Shown piece by piece: positions 13,913 to 27,984 of a stretch of 64,000 nucleotides of DNA. Origin of the DNA: Squalus acanthias (Eukaryota); assembly GCA_030390025.1 (NCBI GenBank), contig CM059432.1, forward strand, positions 62,808,001 to 62,872,000, given 5' to 3'. How positions within the stretch are numbered: position 1 is the stretch's first letter; each line of letters starts with the position of its first letter. A program made the position numbers and the translations under genes. The notes under the pieces were generated by a model, which was given only the letters and a program-made list of their open reading frames with translations, had not been told where the DNA came from and ran no database searches.

Positions 13913-15039
13913 CTACAAAGAATAACAAAGAAGAAGAAAAGCCAAATCTTGGTTCAGGTTTATGTTTACATTGGATTTACATTGAACCTGCTCCATTAAT
14001 ATTGAAGTAAAAAGAGGAAATGCTGGAAACACATTAATGGTCTGGGTGGGACCCTTTAACTGAAAGAGAACGGTTAACATTTCTGGTGGGGTAAGCATAT
14101 CCCTATCAAAATGAAAAGCAGATTCAAATCACTAAAATAAGTGAGACTGAACGAAATAAAATCCAGGTTTTAGGTCAGGTTTGGTGATAAAGAGTGAGGA
14201 ATGGGCGGGAACTTTTTTTATCAAGAAACTTAAGCAAAACCTGACGTGATCAGGCCTGTCAAGTTTGTGTGAGCTTGACTATGTGGCTCAATACAAACTT
14301 GCCCATATTAAGTAAGTTTAATTTGAAATACATTTTGGGGGGGTTGAATTTGACTTTTGGGCACCCAACCAGCGTGGTGAAGAGACGGCCGCATTTTTCA
14401 ATCCCCGTCCTCGCTTGCATCGAGTCTGCATGCTGCATGTCGCCAAACGGGTGTCCCGATGGCTGCAGCTTGCTGGATTAAGTTTGACTGATATTGGGCC
14501 ACCCCAGCCAACAGCCAGGCAACTGTGTGGGGGCTGGTGGCAATGTCCGAGATTATTTTTCTGGGGACCAGAGGAACAGGAATGCTCCTGCAGGCCCCAC
14601 AAAAATAATTTCAAACTTATCTCAGCTGAACCTCTTCATCTCTATCGTGCGTGGAACCGATCAATTCCAACCTAAAATGGCACCCAATGGTAGGCCCCTT
14701 TCAAAATGGCATCGGCCGCATCTCTTGCTGCTTTTTAAAAGTTACCTGTTTGCTCAGATCGACTTTTTCATATAATATCATCCAGAGAGGAAATTATGGC
14801 CTAAATTTGTCCTCTATCATTCAAATTTACTTTTAAATTTCAAGGATTTTATAAAACTTGTACATTAAGGAAACTGCAAAAAAGCCATTGGAAATAGAAA
14901 TTTGGTAACTGGTTTATATATTAAGGATAACATCAAATACTTGTAAACATTTTGAAAGTAGCAATCCAATCTCCAGGTCAAACGCTGCACATAAAGGGTC
15001 CAAAATAACCGAAAGGCCCTGAGCAGATCACCCAACTAT

Positions 15040-15593
15040 GGTCTGGAAATGGTGCAGAACCTGGTTCCGCTAGTATTCTGCCCCATGCAGCAATTTTCTG
15101 GTGGGGGCGGGGGGGAGGCGTGAATGCTGGCCAGCTCCCTATGCTATGGGGGCTTCTCTGGACTACCTAGGGAATTCCACTTTATAAGCCCTTTGTGAAA
15201 TTCATGCTGGCTGAGAGCTGATGTGGGACTTGCCGAAGCCCCAGGAAAGGTCTCAAAAGTTTGACTGCCAAAGCTATCAATCCTGGAAGGGATCAATTAA
15301 CCACAAGAAAGAATCCTTAATCTCTCTGAGGAACTACAAGTTAAGAAGAAACTCATGCCCCATTGAGTGCTTGCCAGACCATCTTTCCACAGTTAGTGCG
15401 GCTCCAGCATTCAGGTCTATGTTGGTGTGAGCACTGCTGACCTGCCTATACTGGCACGATGCACCCAACCCAAGCATCTAAATAACGCTCTGCTTACAAC
15501 TTGGGACAGAACCTGCATCTGTAGCTGTAGGTGGCTGGGTGGTCAGCTCTGCTGCACTTCTGCGGTGGGGCAGGAATCTTGGAATTTCTAGCC
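15040..15593. mobile_element. Probable Harbinger-type MITE, diverged
   Basis: Ends GGTCTGGAAAT / AATTTCTAGCCC resemble other Harbinger TIRs in this window. TSD not clear. Confidence 0.45.
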
Positions 15594-18184
15594 CGAGCTG
15601 TTATAATTTATGTCATCTGGATCTCTAGAATGGTTTGCTGCCTTCTGATGCACTACCTTGTTTGTAATAAAATTCTGCAGCTCACATGGTCAGTGTCATA
15701 CATTTCCTCATCATAAAGTTTTGTAATATACATTCATTAATGCCACTTCATGTGGATCTGAGATAACAATTAACTTTGGTAAGTAAGAATTTGTACCATG
15801 GCTTTAGCTTAAAACCAAATGGTGATCAACTTCCTATAAAAAGTCTATGAAAATTAATAAATATGTGAGTAAATAACTTACTAAATAAAGAAGTGAGTTA
15901 GAAAATTTGTAAGTAGGTGATAGAGAGTTAAAGACAGCAACAAATTGACTGCAGCAGTTCAAGAAGGCGGTTCACCACCACCTTCTCAAGGGCAATTAGG
16001 GATGGGCAATAAATGCTGGCCTTGCCAGCGACGCTCACATCCCATGAACGAGTAAAAAAAAATTACCAGCAGCCCATACACAGTTTCCTGCTTTTTATGA
16101 TGGGAATAAGGATCACTTTGGAACAACCATAACTAGTATGACTACTTCAAGATGTTTGAGTTCTGGTTTGTTCAGCAGATGATTAGGATTGTGAATCCCA
16201 GGACTGTCTGTCTGAATCCTGCTGCCACAGCTGCCAGTTTTGTCAGTACTTAGCGCTGCTGTTATGTGAGATGTTTCTGACAGCAAAGTGTTCCACCTCA
16301 AGGACAGAAAGCAATAGCACTTCATCTTCTCTTACTTGAATCATCTTCTATTCGTTAAACATGGGGTGACATTGATGGTTGTCATAGAAATGTCTGCTTG
16401 GTAGAATGCCTCACAATCCCAAGTGAAGAAGATCACATAGAAATGAGAGGCCCTAGGGTACTGAAAAACTGGAAAATGCGGGGGGAAACAAATCAAATCT
16501 ATTTCATTGCCGATAGTGACTAATGCCCTAGATTAAAATGAGTTACCATGCTCTTTCTCAAAAGTGAATGAAAGTCCGAAACTCACTCATAGTGATGATG
16601 ACATTCTATTTATTTTATGGGTGCATGGCTCCTGTTAGACATTTAAGTGCATTGTTAAAGTTAATTCTGCCAAAACATTAACTGTTACTTCACACATGGA
16701 AATGATCATTTTGGATTTTCACTCAAATTAATTATATGATCTTATGGCCAATGAAATTACTGATGATGCATGTCGAATAAATAAAACAACTTTATACATG
16801 CACAAAGATATGATTCATGGAAGATACTTTTTCAGGGAAGTTGATCACTGTTTTGTAGAACACTCAAAACTCTGTTGAACAAGTGTTCTCTGATCTGGTC
16901 TTCTACTTCTTCCCAAAGAACATGTTTCTAAATTTAACATCCACCCCACTCTCTCTGCGGTTCTTCCATTGCATTACTTAAATACTTTTAAGCTCTTGTG
17001 TAAAATTACTGTTCCCCTATGGCCTAAATATCAAACTGAGATGTTTAGTGTCCAAGATGGAATTTGTTACTCAGTCACCAACCCTCTTTAATTTCTGCAT
17101 TATACATTCAAGTCTGATGCTAATAATGTCAATGTTTCTGACCAAGTTTCACTATCAACTTAATGCCATAATGTATGATACCTTCAGGTCAAATGCCAGC
17201 CTACCATATTGACACTATGCAACAATACAATGTAAATGCCCATCCATCCTGAGGGGCATGTTTATGTGGATCCTATTTTCTTAGTTCATAATCTGAAATA
17301 CATCAAGCCTGACAGTCTCGTATGTATTTTGACCAATAAAGGATTCTGCACAAATTGCTGCTTGTCCTGTAGCAGGTCCTTGGACTGAATTTTTCAGGTA
17401 ATGTGTCCAAAAAAATAGTAACTTTAGATGGTTAGTATAAAATTTAACTTGAACTGCATTAGGAAGGCAGGGAGAAACTTCTTGGAATGTTTCCTCTGAA
17501 AATGTAATATTTTGGGAATAGTCTATGAGAGAACGCATTGTACTCGGTGTATGTAAGAAAGAGGTTTGATGGGACAAGTGGCCAATTCTAATCCATGCTT
17601 ACTCAAGTTCTTCTGATAGCATTTCATGGCTGTATTCTAATTAAGGAATTGATTGAATTCCTAGCCTAGAAATTCCTGTGCCAACCTCTCAGAGGAAAGA
17701 TCTGAAGTGGTCTCCCCTAACCCCATCCCAAATCATGCAGTCAGCATATTTTGGGTGTGTGGGGATGAGGGATATTGGTGGACTTGCTGCAGCACCAGTG
17801 GGATCACTGTGCCTGCTGAAGATCTTCAAATCTTTATTTAAAAAAAAATCTAAGTTTGAATTTGCTACTTTCCCAATGGCAAATGATTGTTCTGCAATTG
17901 TTTTCAGTGGGGAAAGTGGCCTTTGAAAGGAAACTGGTCCCTGCTTCCAAAGGACAATGGGCCCAAAAATCCTTGACTCTGATGCACCACTGTCCTCCGC
18001 TCCTGACTCTGCTGGAGTATCAGTTGTCAGGCTGGGGTCACCTGTTTTAAATCTTTTCAGGAGGTGCCTATAACAGTATGAGCAGGCCCCAAGGAAAGGT
18101 TGGGGAGATGGGAGGAGAACTTGGGGGGAGTTCTGGTGGATTATGTCATCTCATCAGTCCTTTCTGTAGGGGGTGGTGTTTTTG

Positions 18185-19417
18185 TGTCAGCTTTGCCTCT
18201 GACTTCTGAGCGGTTCGAATCGCTTCCACTCCCTTGGTTCTAGACCTTGGACTTATTTGGGGGTTGTGCTACAAAAGGTGCAGCAGACAACTGAGTTTGA
18301 TGAAAGAACTTCGATCTTTATTCAAGAAAGTAAAACACAACACAAACACTCTTATCACTCTAAAGGTGGGGAACACTTGGGTACAAGCGAGGAAAATAAC
18401 ATTAGAAGAATACTTCACCCCTCCCAATCCCACTTCACTAGCTAGGTTGGACTCTGGAGAACCAGGGATAATGCTCACCAAACGAATCCTTGACAGTTGA
18501 GAGTTAGGGTTTAGAGTCTTTTGAGTAAAAAGTTTCGTAAGGCCCTTGTTGCCGCGAGGTGTCCGATGGTCACTGAGGCGGTCGCTCTGGTCTCTTCTTG
18601 CGTGTCGGCCTGCTTCTGGAGCTGTTGGCCTTCTTTGTTGAACTTCTTTCTGTTGAACTCTGCCTCTGTTTAAACTGTCTTCTTCCAAGCTGTGGAACTG
18701 CCTTCTTGCAGAACTGTGGAAACAGCCTTCTGCCTGCTTGTTGAACTCCTTGCTGGAGAACTCGAACTTGAACTGTTGCTACTGCTTTCTGTTGAACTGC
18801 TTGATGGGCCTTCAATTATACTAAATTGAAGTGGCCTTATCAAAACCAAATCAAATCCCGGTCATTGTAAGGCCTCGTTAACAGTAACGACTTTACTAGC
18901 GTGTTAACTGGTTTTGTAAATGCGTGAAGTGGTTTCAGGATTGCTCCATCCTGTCGATCTGTTGTTTAATCGGAGTTTGAATTGTCCTCATGTTTTGGGT
19001 TCTTAGGCTGATCTATAGCCTAGTCCTGGGTGCTCTGTATTATGCATATTTCTTGATGGGCCTTGTAATCGGTTTGATGGGACCTATTGTTCTGGGTGGG
19101 GCTGTCTTCTCCTAGGGTCTATTGTCAAAATGTTAATGCTTGCTGAGGCTTTGAGTGAGGTCATCCCGATTCCCCAGACATTGCAATTAACTGCAATACC
19201 CAAACTGCTTTTACAGAGGTCGAACCCAACTTCCTTCACAGCCTTTTGTCCCTTTACAGGCCCAGACATGTTTTTAAAATGCCAAAACTTGGTTTTTGGT
19301 CTTAAATTCCTTAGGTTAGGCCCAAATGCATTTTCATCACTCTGAGGTAGTTCCAAAGTTCTTTTTCCTTAGGTTTTGGAGATCTGCAAATTTTGGAAAC
19401 CTTACATTTCTCTGACA
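18185..19417 (-). mobile_element. Probable solo LTR (~1.23 kb)
   Basis: Bounded by TGTCAG...CTGACA. Minus strand has a TATA-like box (~18820), GTTGAACT-type tandem repeats (18635-18800), a GGTGAG donor (~18479) and AATAAA (18317-18322). TSD ambiguous. Confidence 0.6.
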
Positions 19418-20100
19418 TCAGCACGGAAGGGAGCGGGTGTCAATAAATGCCCGTCCTCACTTCTACTGGATTTTATACAATCCAAAATAAGGACAGAGAT
19501 CCAGCTTTATCCAGCTCAATCCATCACCAGATGTTTGTTTTCTTTAGTTTGAACTTTAATTCACCGATTTATTTTTTAAAAAGTAAGTAATTAAGATCAC
19601 AATTCTTTTTACTCTTTGGCAGACTTGTGAGAAAAATTGCCATCTGACAGTAGTGCAATGTGGCAGTTGACATTTACAGAAACCTATTAAGCCTGTTTAT
19701 GACGTCATTACTGCAGGTTTTATCAAGAAACATTTTGCAGTTAATGAGAGGGAAATTCTATGTCATATAATGGTTAACAGATATTTCCTCTTTAAAGTAA
19801 TACAGGCAGCAGAATGGCTGTTTTCATACTGCATATATTATATGAATTAGGAAAGCAGTTGGAGCCTAGTGCCAGATTTACAGGCAAAATGTCACTGAGT
19901 GCACATGGCCTTGAGTAGTGCAGGCGATCACAGCTTCTATCTTAGATCCAGTAACATAAGGCACATTTGTTGATGCTATGGCTACTGTCTCATTGGCTTT
20001 TGTTTTACTTAAACTTTTATAACTCATGCAATTAAAATGATTTCCGGTAGTTCCAGCACCCTGACACACCCACCCATCCAAATATAGTTTTTGGTACATT

Positions 20101-20852
20101 GGTCTGGAAATTGGTTTGCATGTTGGCGCGAACTATGAGCAGGGAACAATCCCTACAACGAACGAGTAGACCCGAGGCCCACGCAATATTGGGCTTGGGC
20201 TTCATTTACATGAGGCTGGTAATCTGCAGACACCTGCTGGATGTCCCCAGGTAGCTCGCCGGCGAAGAGGATTCAAATTTTGGGCCATTGCGTTGCCGAC
20301 TGCGGCCCTCAGGCAGGTCCTGTGAGAGGTGGGAAAGCGATGGGCGGGAGGGGCCGACCGGGAGAAAGGGGTCAGCGATTGAGAGGGTGACTGAGAGGGG
20401 GAAGGAAGCGATCTGAAGGCAGGGATGGGGCCAGGTGGGGGTCAGCAATGATCTTCGGCACTGCAGTGGAGCTGGGAGGAGCACTTCTACACCTCACGAC
20501 TGCACATTCAGTGAAGTATTCTTTTTTTAAAAAGGACCTTTCTGGTGGCGGCTTCCAGCTGTCTCCTTAAGGACTGCTGGTTAGGCGGCATACAGATCAC
20601 ATTTTACTGAACGTAGTCAACTGTGCGTTCAGGGCAGCCCAACTTTGCATAGGGGATCTCAAACAGATGTTAGGCCCCTTTTTGCATATGTTTCAGGTAC
20701 GGGCTCTGGACGCCTCTTTTTCTGCCTTCACCAATATTGCGGGTGGCAAACATCTGGTGTAATGAGTGTGCCACTCCTGCTCACCATTTACGATGCTTAG
20801 CCTCCCTTTCTTCACCTGAAAAACAGGCGCGGCAACATCAAGTTTCTAGGCC
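20101..20852. mobile_element. Probable Harbinger-type MITE
   Basis: Ends GGTCTGGAAATT / AGTTTCTAGGCC; GC-rich island in AT-rich flanks. Confidence 0.5.
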
Positions 20853-20914
20853 CTCATGTTAGGCATGTGGAATCATGTTAGGAATTATTTTTTTCTATAA
20901 ATGTGTCCATTTAT

Positions 20915-21524
20915 GGGGTGAAGTTTACCCCTGAACGACTTCCGGTGGTGCCGCCCGATAGTCATGCTATAGTCTATTTTGAGGGCTGGACCTCATTTAC
21001 ATCAGATGGTGGACTGCAGCTGGAGTTCCAGTGCCCCGCTCCGCCCGCCAGCTCTGGGTCATCTGATATTGTGGCCAACAAAGTTAAGACTGAGGGGGTG
21101 GTGGGGGAGCCCATTGTTGGGAGGGTGGGGAGCCGGAGCGGCGGCGGCCCACGTGAGATTAGTGAAGCTTGGAGAAGGATGCCTGTTCCTCCCGGCCCCA
21201 CAAAAAGAAAAAGGAAGTTACCTTTGGGATCCTCTTCGGCTGGGCCACCAGCTGATACTGGTCGGAGCCTGCACAGCGCACGTTCCGACCTGTTTAGTCC
21301 AATAAAGGCAATCGTGGTCCTATTGATGTCATAGGACTCCAATTACCATCTTAAATGGGCCTACTGCCAGACTCCCGGGTCCGCTCCTGCCACATAGCAG
21401 TAGGCCCAGTGAACTTTGATGTAGGCATAGCGACAGTGATAACTGTGCACTAGGTCATTGCCTACCATTTTGTGGGGGGATGCCACGTTATTTACTCTGG
21501 GCGGGAGGGTAGAAAATTCAGCCC
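20915..21524. mobile_element. Probable Harbinger-type MITE
   Basis: Ends GGGGTGAAGTTT / AAAATTCAGCCC; GC-rich. Confidence 0.5.
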
Positions 21525-22888
21525 ATGAAGTGCACTGATGTGGTGGCCTGAGTTCAAAGAAAAACTGATTTTGAAACATTTTCTGTGTTGTGTGATGTCT
21601 GTGCCAATGGGTTTAATACAGCGAGCACCTCTGGATTCCCTTGTAATCAGCTAGCTAAAAGGTGGACAGGTTCCCAGGCTTTAGCCAATGCTGCTCCACA
21701 ATCAACTGGTGAGAGGTGCACCAGAGCAGCCCAGGGTGACTCTCTCTTCCACTTTCTTGTCCTTTCCATGAGATCGTATTTTGCCTGTATTTGGTGCTTC
21801 TTCATGATTGTAGGATTGTGGTTGTGAACTAACCATCGGGGGAACTATGCGTGTGAACCTACATGTTACCACCATCAGGGAGTTTTGAAATAAGGAACAG
21901 CCTTGATATGATTCAAAAATGCACAAAAATGTTCTTCTATTGAAGTGCAAAATTGTCTGTTAAATCACTGGTGAGATCTATTGGACAATAAGTTGCCATT
22001 TATTTGATAAGTTTGATTTCCTTAGTGTGTATAATTTTAATTTGTTAAGCCAATTGGTCGTGACTGTAATGAAAGTGGTGCAACGAATGAATGTTGTGAG
22101 TCCACAAAATATTTTGAAAACCTCCAGAAATTTCATTTGTCCTATTCTACTTCTGGAGCATAAAGAAAGCATAAAGTTGGGAGCCGCTCACCATGAAGGG
22201 CTGTAGTCCTATTTGAAGAAAGTCTCGTGCAACCTGAAATAAATAACACGTGAAGATTCACAACTGCTTCTGATGTCTTTCAACCAAGTGGTGGAAATTC
22301 ACCTTGGCCGGCAGTGCAAAACATGCTAACCAATTGGTTGCCCGTTTTAGACTCTGCTCGTTTTCTTTTCCATTGACTTCATTTTGCACTACTGCCCAAG
22401 ACAAATTTCTATCCCCAACAGTTTGGATAATTTTTAAATTCCGTTTCCCGCCTGGAAGCCGGCCAGATTGAAGGCCCGCCACCGTTAAACCGGAAGTAGG
22501 CGTGTTCACGGCGGGTTGGGGTCGGGATTCACATTTTTGTCAGTTCAATCCCCCGACCCTCTCCCAACCGTCGTGAGGGGTGAAAATTCTCTGCGAACGA
22601 TCAGCATCAAGCACTCCCAAGTCAGATGTAAAAAGGTTAGATGCAGCCTAAAGCTCCCTATACTCTGCCCCAATAATGTAGCTTGGGCCCAACCTCAGAA
22701 GAGCATTCATTACTGCATCACTGTGGATTCCACAGAGCAGATTTAGATGGAATTCCAAGATCCGGCAGAGCTTTCCATCAGTCTTCACTAATAAAGCCGA
22801 TGCTGGGTTACCAATAATATAGCATAGGGTTGATGCTATAATTGAATGTATTGAAGTAGATGTGGATATAGACCTTGCTAGAATTAGT

Positions 22889-25089
22889 GGCCGCGATTTT
22901 ACGAACCTCGGTGGGCTGGTGTGGACGATGTCGGTGGCGGGTCCCGACCCCACTGCTGGCTCCATCCCGGCCTCTGAAATGACTTTCCCTTGAATGTGCT
23001 TGTTAAGCCCGCCTAGCGCGTTTCCTGGCCAATTAGAGGAAGCGGGTCTGGTGACGTCATTTGATGACGTGTCATCAGCCAGTTTCCTTAAAGGGTTCAT
23101 GGCCAAATTTATTTTGACAGTAGTGCGGTCAGTGTTCTACAGCATTGAGGTGCTACAAACACTGACAAGCACTGCACAGAGGTGCAGGGCTGCACCCAGG
23201 CTCTCCCATGACTCTCTCCATATGCTGATGGAGGGAGTCACAGCACACAGGGAGGTCCCCTTCCCTTCCCATGGGCAGAAGAGACCTCCCCAGGAGATCA
23301 ACACAGCCTGGTTGCAGATTGCAGAGGAGGGCACAAGCAGGGATGTGGTCAGGAGGACCTGGGTGCAGTGCCACAAACGTTTCAATAACCTCAGTAGATC
23401 ACGAAACATTAGTACAAAGCCGCACTCAACCTCATCCTGTTGTGCCTCTCATCACATCCCCATCACCCTGCCTTCCCTACCCTACTTCTGCACATCCTTA
23501 CTCACACCAACTTACCTTGGACCTCCACCCATCCCTCTCTATCTACAACATCACATCCCCATCTCACTAGCCACCCCTCAGACTCACCCTCATCTTAGTG
23601 CAATCATACCAACTAACAACACACAAGGGTAGCCACTTGGGTGTTTTATCCAATGTTCATGTAAAGTTTCTGTTAATGTGCTGTCAAACATTGAAACCTT
23701 TATTTTCAACACTTTGTGTTCTTGGACAGATTTGTGTGCACCTTTGTAAGTGGCTTAGTGAGTTGCAGTGAATGGTGAAACATAACGGTACCCCCTGCAA
23801 GGCTGGTGAGTGTGAAAGGAATGGATTGGGCATTGTAGGGATGCTTTATGCTGCTGTTGTGGGGTGGTGCCAACCTGGCGCATCATGTGGCAGCCAGGGT
23901 GTGCAGCACCAAGTGAAGTAAATCTGGCCATGGTGAGGCCATCCCTGGCCTCCTGGACAGCAATGTGGTCGGGTGCTGATGCCCTCTGTCCTGGGCAGCA
24001 TCGGGTGATTGCGGAGAAGGTTGATGCTGTTGTTGTTGGTGCTGCTTGCGTGCCTGGTGATGCTGGTGTTGGGGCTGATCGTGGTGGGATTCTGAGGACC
24101 AAGGTGAGAGAGTATAAAGGGCACCCATGCTGATGCAATAGACGGCAGGTGAAGTAGAGATGACAGAAGTGACCTGTTAATGGTGAGAGAGGTAATAAGG
24201 TCAGACTGGATGGAGACTTGTGTAAAGACTTGCAGAATGGTGAATCTGTTGTGGAAATGCAGTGAGGAAGAGTTTATGGCTGAGGGAAGATATCTCTGTA
24301 AGTTGGGAGCTTTTACTGTACATTTGAAGCTGTCAACTCAACAGTTTATTTAATGGCCACTGAACTCTCGCCTCAGCTTGACAATCGTGGTCGGCGACCA
24401 GCGTGGACCCCATGGGCGAGCTGTCAAATACAGAAGGTGAGCTGAAATTCATTCTTAAGTGGCTCTAAACAAGCCACTAATTACAGGAAACTCTTTGGTA
24501 TCCGGCACCGACGGGACCGGCGTGGTGCCGGTTGATCGAAAGTTCCGGATAACGGAGAGTTATATCTACCGAGGCTATTTTTAACAAAGAAAAATAAAAA
24601 AATCAAGAAATGTGCAGTATACAGTATTTGGGTACTCACCTACAGAATGTTGTGTTAAATGGATGGTGGAAGATGCTTGATTAAGTACAGTACTACCCCC
24701 ACTGACTAACTCAGCGTTCGCGGGCTCGGCTCGGACTCGGCAACATTGCTGGTTATTTGAGAGGAGTTTTCGGAGTACTCAGCGTTCGCGGGAGACTCGG
24801 ACTGCGACTCGGCAACATTGCCGGTTATTTGAGAGGAGTTTTCGGAGGATGATTTTTGCCGGTTAAGAGAGAATTCCGGATATTTAGGTGCCGGTTAAAC
24901 AAGAGTTTCCTGTACCTGAATTGGGTCCCCCGCTGTGAACCCGCCGCTGTGTGTCAAGTCCGCTCAGCGCTGACAGACCCAACATCGGGGGAAGGCACGT
25001 GGCGGCGGGTTCACAGCGGGGTCCCGACCCGCTGGGAAAAAAAACACTGCCACCGATCGAGCCTGCTGACCCCCTGCAAAATCCAGCCC
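22889..25089. mobile_element. Internally deleted Harbinger element (Myb/SANT exon 1 on +, transposase C-terminal remnant on -)
   Basis: Ends GGCCGCGATTTT / AAAATCCAGCCC. ORF 22994-23632 contains AWLQIAEE..RRTWVQCHKRFNNL. Minus-strand EARDGLTMARF resembles the transposase C-terminus. Confidence 0.75.
24484..24912. mobile_element. Tc1/mariner-pogo (Tigger-like) MITE, 429 bp
   Basis: TA TSD on both sides. TIR CAGGAAACTCTT-N6-CCGGCACC at both ends. Internal ~70-bp direct repeat (24709-24848). Confidence 0.85.
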
Positions 25090-25193
25090 ATTGACTCTGT
25101 TTCTCTCTCCACAGATGCTGCCTGACCTACTGAGTATTTCGAGCATTTTCTGTTTTATTTCAGATTTCCAGCATCTGCAGTTTTTTGCTTTTG
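25090..25193 (+). mobile_element. Penelope-like terminal repeat remnant
   Basis: CTCTGTTTCTCTCTCCACAGATGCTGCCTGACC...TTTCAGATTTCCAGCATCTGCAG, recognised as the tail that follows the hammerhead in fish/shark PLEs. Confidence 0.6.
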
Positions 25194-26112
25194 TATAAGA
25201 ACATTAAGAATTAGGAGCAGGAGTAGGCCATACAGCCTCGCGAGCCTGCTCCGCCATTCAATAAGAACATGGCTGATCTTTGACCGCAACTCCACTTTCC
25301 CACCCAATCTCCATATCTCTTGAGAAAAGGGTTTCGATTTGTGGGGCACTGGCACCAGTACTGGGATAAGAGGGAGCTGTTCCTTTTGGACGGGCTTCAC
25401 TTGAACCATGCTGGGGCTAGAGTCCTAGTGAATCGAATAACTAGGGCTGTAGAGAGGGCTTTAAACTAAATAGTGGGGGGGGAGGATCCAGGAGAGCGGG
25501 AATTTAAAAAGTCAATGAGAAATGAGAATGCAATAGAGCAGGATAGAGATGGGAGAAATAATAACCAGAGTGTGACAGGAAGGGACAGAGGGGGAGAAAT
25601 TCAGTATCGCCCCGTTTGGGGTGCAATTATCGGCCGGGTGCAAAGTTTAGCGCCTGGCGCTAATTATCGCCTCCGACTGCAAACTTGTCTTTTATCGCCC
25701 CTGGAGGTGATTGGAGCGCTAAATCAGGCACTGCACACCTGTCTTAAGGCGCAAAGGCCGAGGAGCGAGGTGCTAACTCAGAGCGCGGGCGCAGCGCAGG
25801 TAATGTCAGTTAGCGATGGAACGCAGACACACTGACGCCGGACAGTCCTTAAAGGGAGGCTCGATCTTGCTCTCCAGCTACACCCTACTCATTGGAGCCT
25901 TGAATCTCGGCCTGGAAAGACCTGTGCCTACATTTTCCAAATTGAGAGGTCGCACAACACCAGGTTATAGTCCAACAGTTTTATTTGAAATCACAAGCTG
26001 TCGGAGCTATCGATCGCCCCTTCCTCAGGTGAAGTAAAGAAATACAGACTCGACAAAGCATATATAGATAGAGAACAATGCATGTGTACCTTACAATTTC
26101 CAGCCAAGGACT

Positions 26113-27984
26113 ATAGAGAGGGTGAGAGAACGAGCTCAGCGCTTCAGCGAGCGGGCCTTGGAGGCTCTGGTTGGCGCGGTGGAGCGCAGAAGATCTATAC
26201 TCTACCCTGAGAGTGGCAGGAGGCCTTTGCCACGCGACTACAGAAGAGTGTGGAGGGAGGTGGCTCAGCACGTCTCCTCCAGAAGCATGGTGCCCAGGAC
26301 CCATACTCAATGTCGCAAAACGTTCAACGACCTCACTAGGGTCGTCAGGGTGAGTGGCTTTTTTTCAATACCTCTCCATCCCTCCATCTCAACCTCACTC
26401 TATGGCCAGAGGGTCTTAAAACCCCAATGCCCAACACTCATCCAACACCTATGGCCCTCTCATGAAACACACACGCACATTCCACACGTTGCATACATTA
26501 AGGGCTATTCAACTATGGGAGGCACATCAGGCAAGACCATGGCTGCATACATTAAGGACTATTCAACTATGGGAGGCACATCAGGCAAGACCATGGCTGC
26601 ATACATTAAGGGCTATTCAACTATGGGAGGCACATCAGGCAAGACCATGGCTGTATATTTACTCAGACGCCGTCCTTTTTCTTGCAGGCCAAGCTATCTC
26701 ATAATAGGAGACAGCAGCAACAGACGGGTGGAGGGCGGCCTCAGCTACAAGCCCTCAGCGATCTTGAGGCGCGCGTCCACAGGATTGTGGCAAGCCAGGT
26801 GATCGGTCCCGTCGCCCCTGGAGAGGCCGACCCTGTTCTGGTCAGCAATGGTAAGGTCATCACCTTTTTCTCCTCTCTCATTCCACTTGTCCCTCACAAC
26901 ACCAGCCTTTGACACTTTCAATCAAACTAACTAAATCGCTGCACTCCTTCCTCTCTTACTGCCCCCCTGTCCTCACGCTAAAGCCACTCTTGTACCTCCC
27001 TGCTTTCAGATGGTGATTCACCAGCTGAGGAGACGGGCCCTCAAGCTGCCAGTGGGAGTGAAGCTGCAGCCGAGGAGGAAGAGGAAGCCAGAGCATCAGC
27101 GCCACCCTCTCCCGAGGAAGCCCATGCCCACACTGGGAACACGTCTTCCCTGAAGGAGAGCAGGGGGGAAGGGTCTGATGAGGGTGAAGCTCCAGGACCC
27201 AGCGGGCTGCAGCAACGCGATGGGGGTAGGGAAGCTCGGGGGCCTTCTCCCCGGAGGAAGAGTAGGCCAGCGAGTCCTGCTGCACTGGTCGCAGAGGAGG
27301 AGCGGCTCATCGCTGAAATGAACACCCAGGCGGTGGACATGCACACTGAGCTCATGGGTGCAGTGGGAAGGGTGCCCGAATGCATTGATGCACTGGCAAG
27401 GAGTGTGGAGCAATTCGCTGCAGCACAGGCGGATGCCACGCTAAAGCTTAGTGCTGCCATTTAGTCACTGGCTGCCGTGATCCAATCTGACTGGTCTCAT
27501 GCAGTCTCAGATTGAGGCCACGCAAGCACTGACTGCTGCCATTGTCGCTGGTTCGGACACATTTCCCCGGGGGTCTCACCGCGCCGCAGCAGGCCAGCAA
27601 TCTGTGCTGCAGCAGATTACTCCGGATGCTGATGTGCTGCCCCGTGGGAGTGCCAGTGTGTCAGTCGAGCAGGGAGTTGCTGTCCTCTCTCAAGATGACA
27701 GCATTCCTGCTGCCACCACTGTCACTTCCCCATTGCACTTGCCACTGCCTGTAGCCCAGACTGCTGCCGCCCAGACAGAGTTGGTGCAGTCTGCAGCCGG
27801 GCCCTCCAGGCCCAGAGCTGGTTGAGGCCGTCCTTCAAGGGCATCTGCAGTCTCAGGTTCTGACAATCAGCAGCCTTCCACCAGCCTTGCTGCAGCCACT
27901 GGGGTCCCATTACGGAGGAGCAGTAGGGTGGGAAGGGGAGAAGTGCGCAAGGGAAGGAGATCACCCTCGAAAGGCAAAAAGTAG
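26113..27984 (+). pseudogene. Harbinger Myb/SANT-like accessory gene, 3 exons (26113-26349, 26688-26850, 27010-27984), disabled
   Basis: RFSERALEALV..VWREVAQHV..RTHTQCRKTFNDL; GT-AG introns. Relative to the copy at 48259: start ATG>ATA, internal TAG/TGA and an indel in exon 3. Confidence 0.85.

Noticed and set aside
18269..18815. Gln-rich ORFs on the minus strand
   Set aside because: By-product of tandem repeats within the putative LTR.
26491..26660. CRISPR-like array (also 48644-48805)
   Set aside because: Head-to-tail 54-bp tandem repeat with no unique spacers and no cas genes, in a eukaryotic context.
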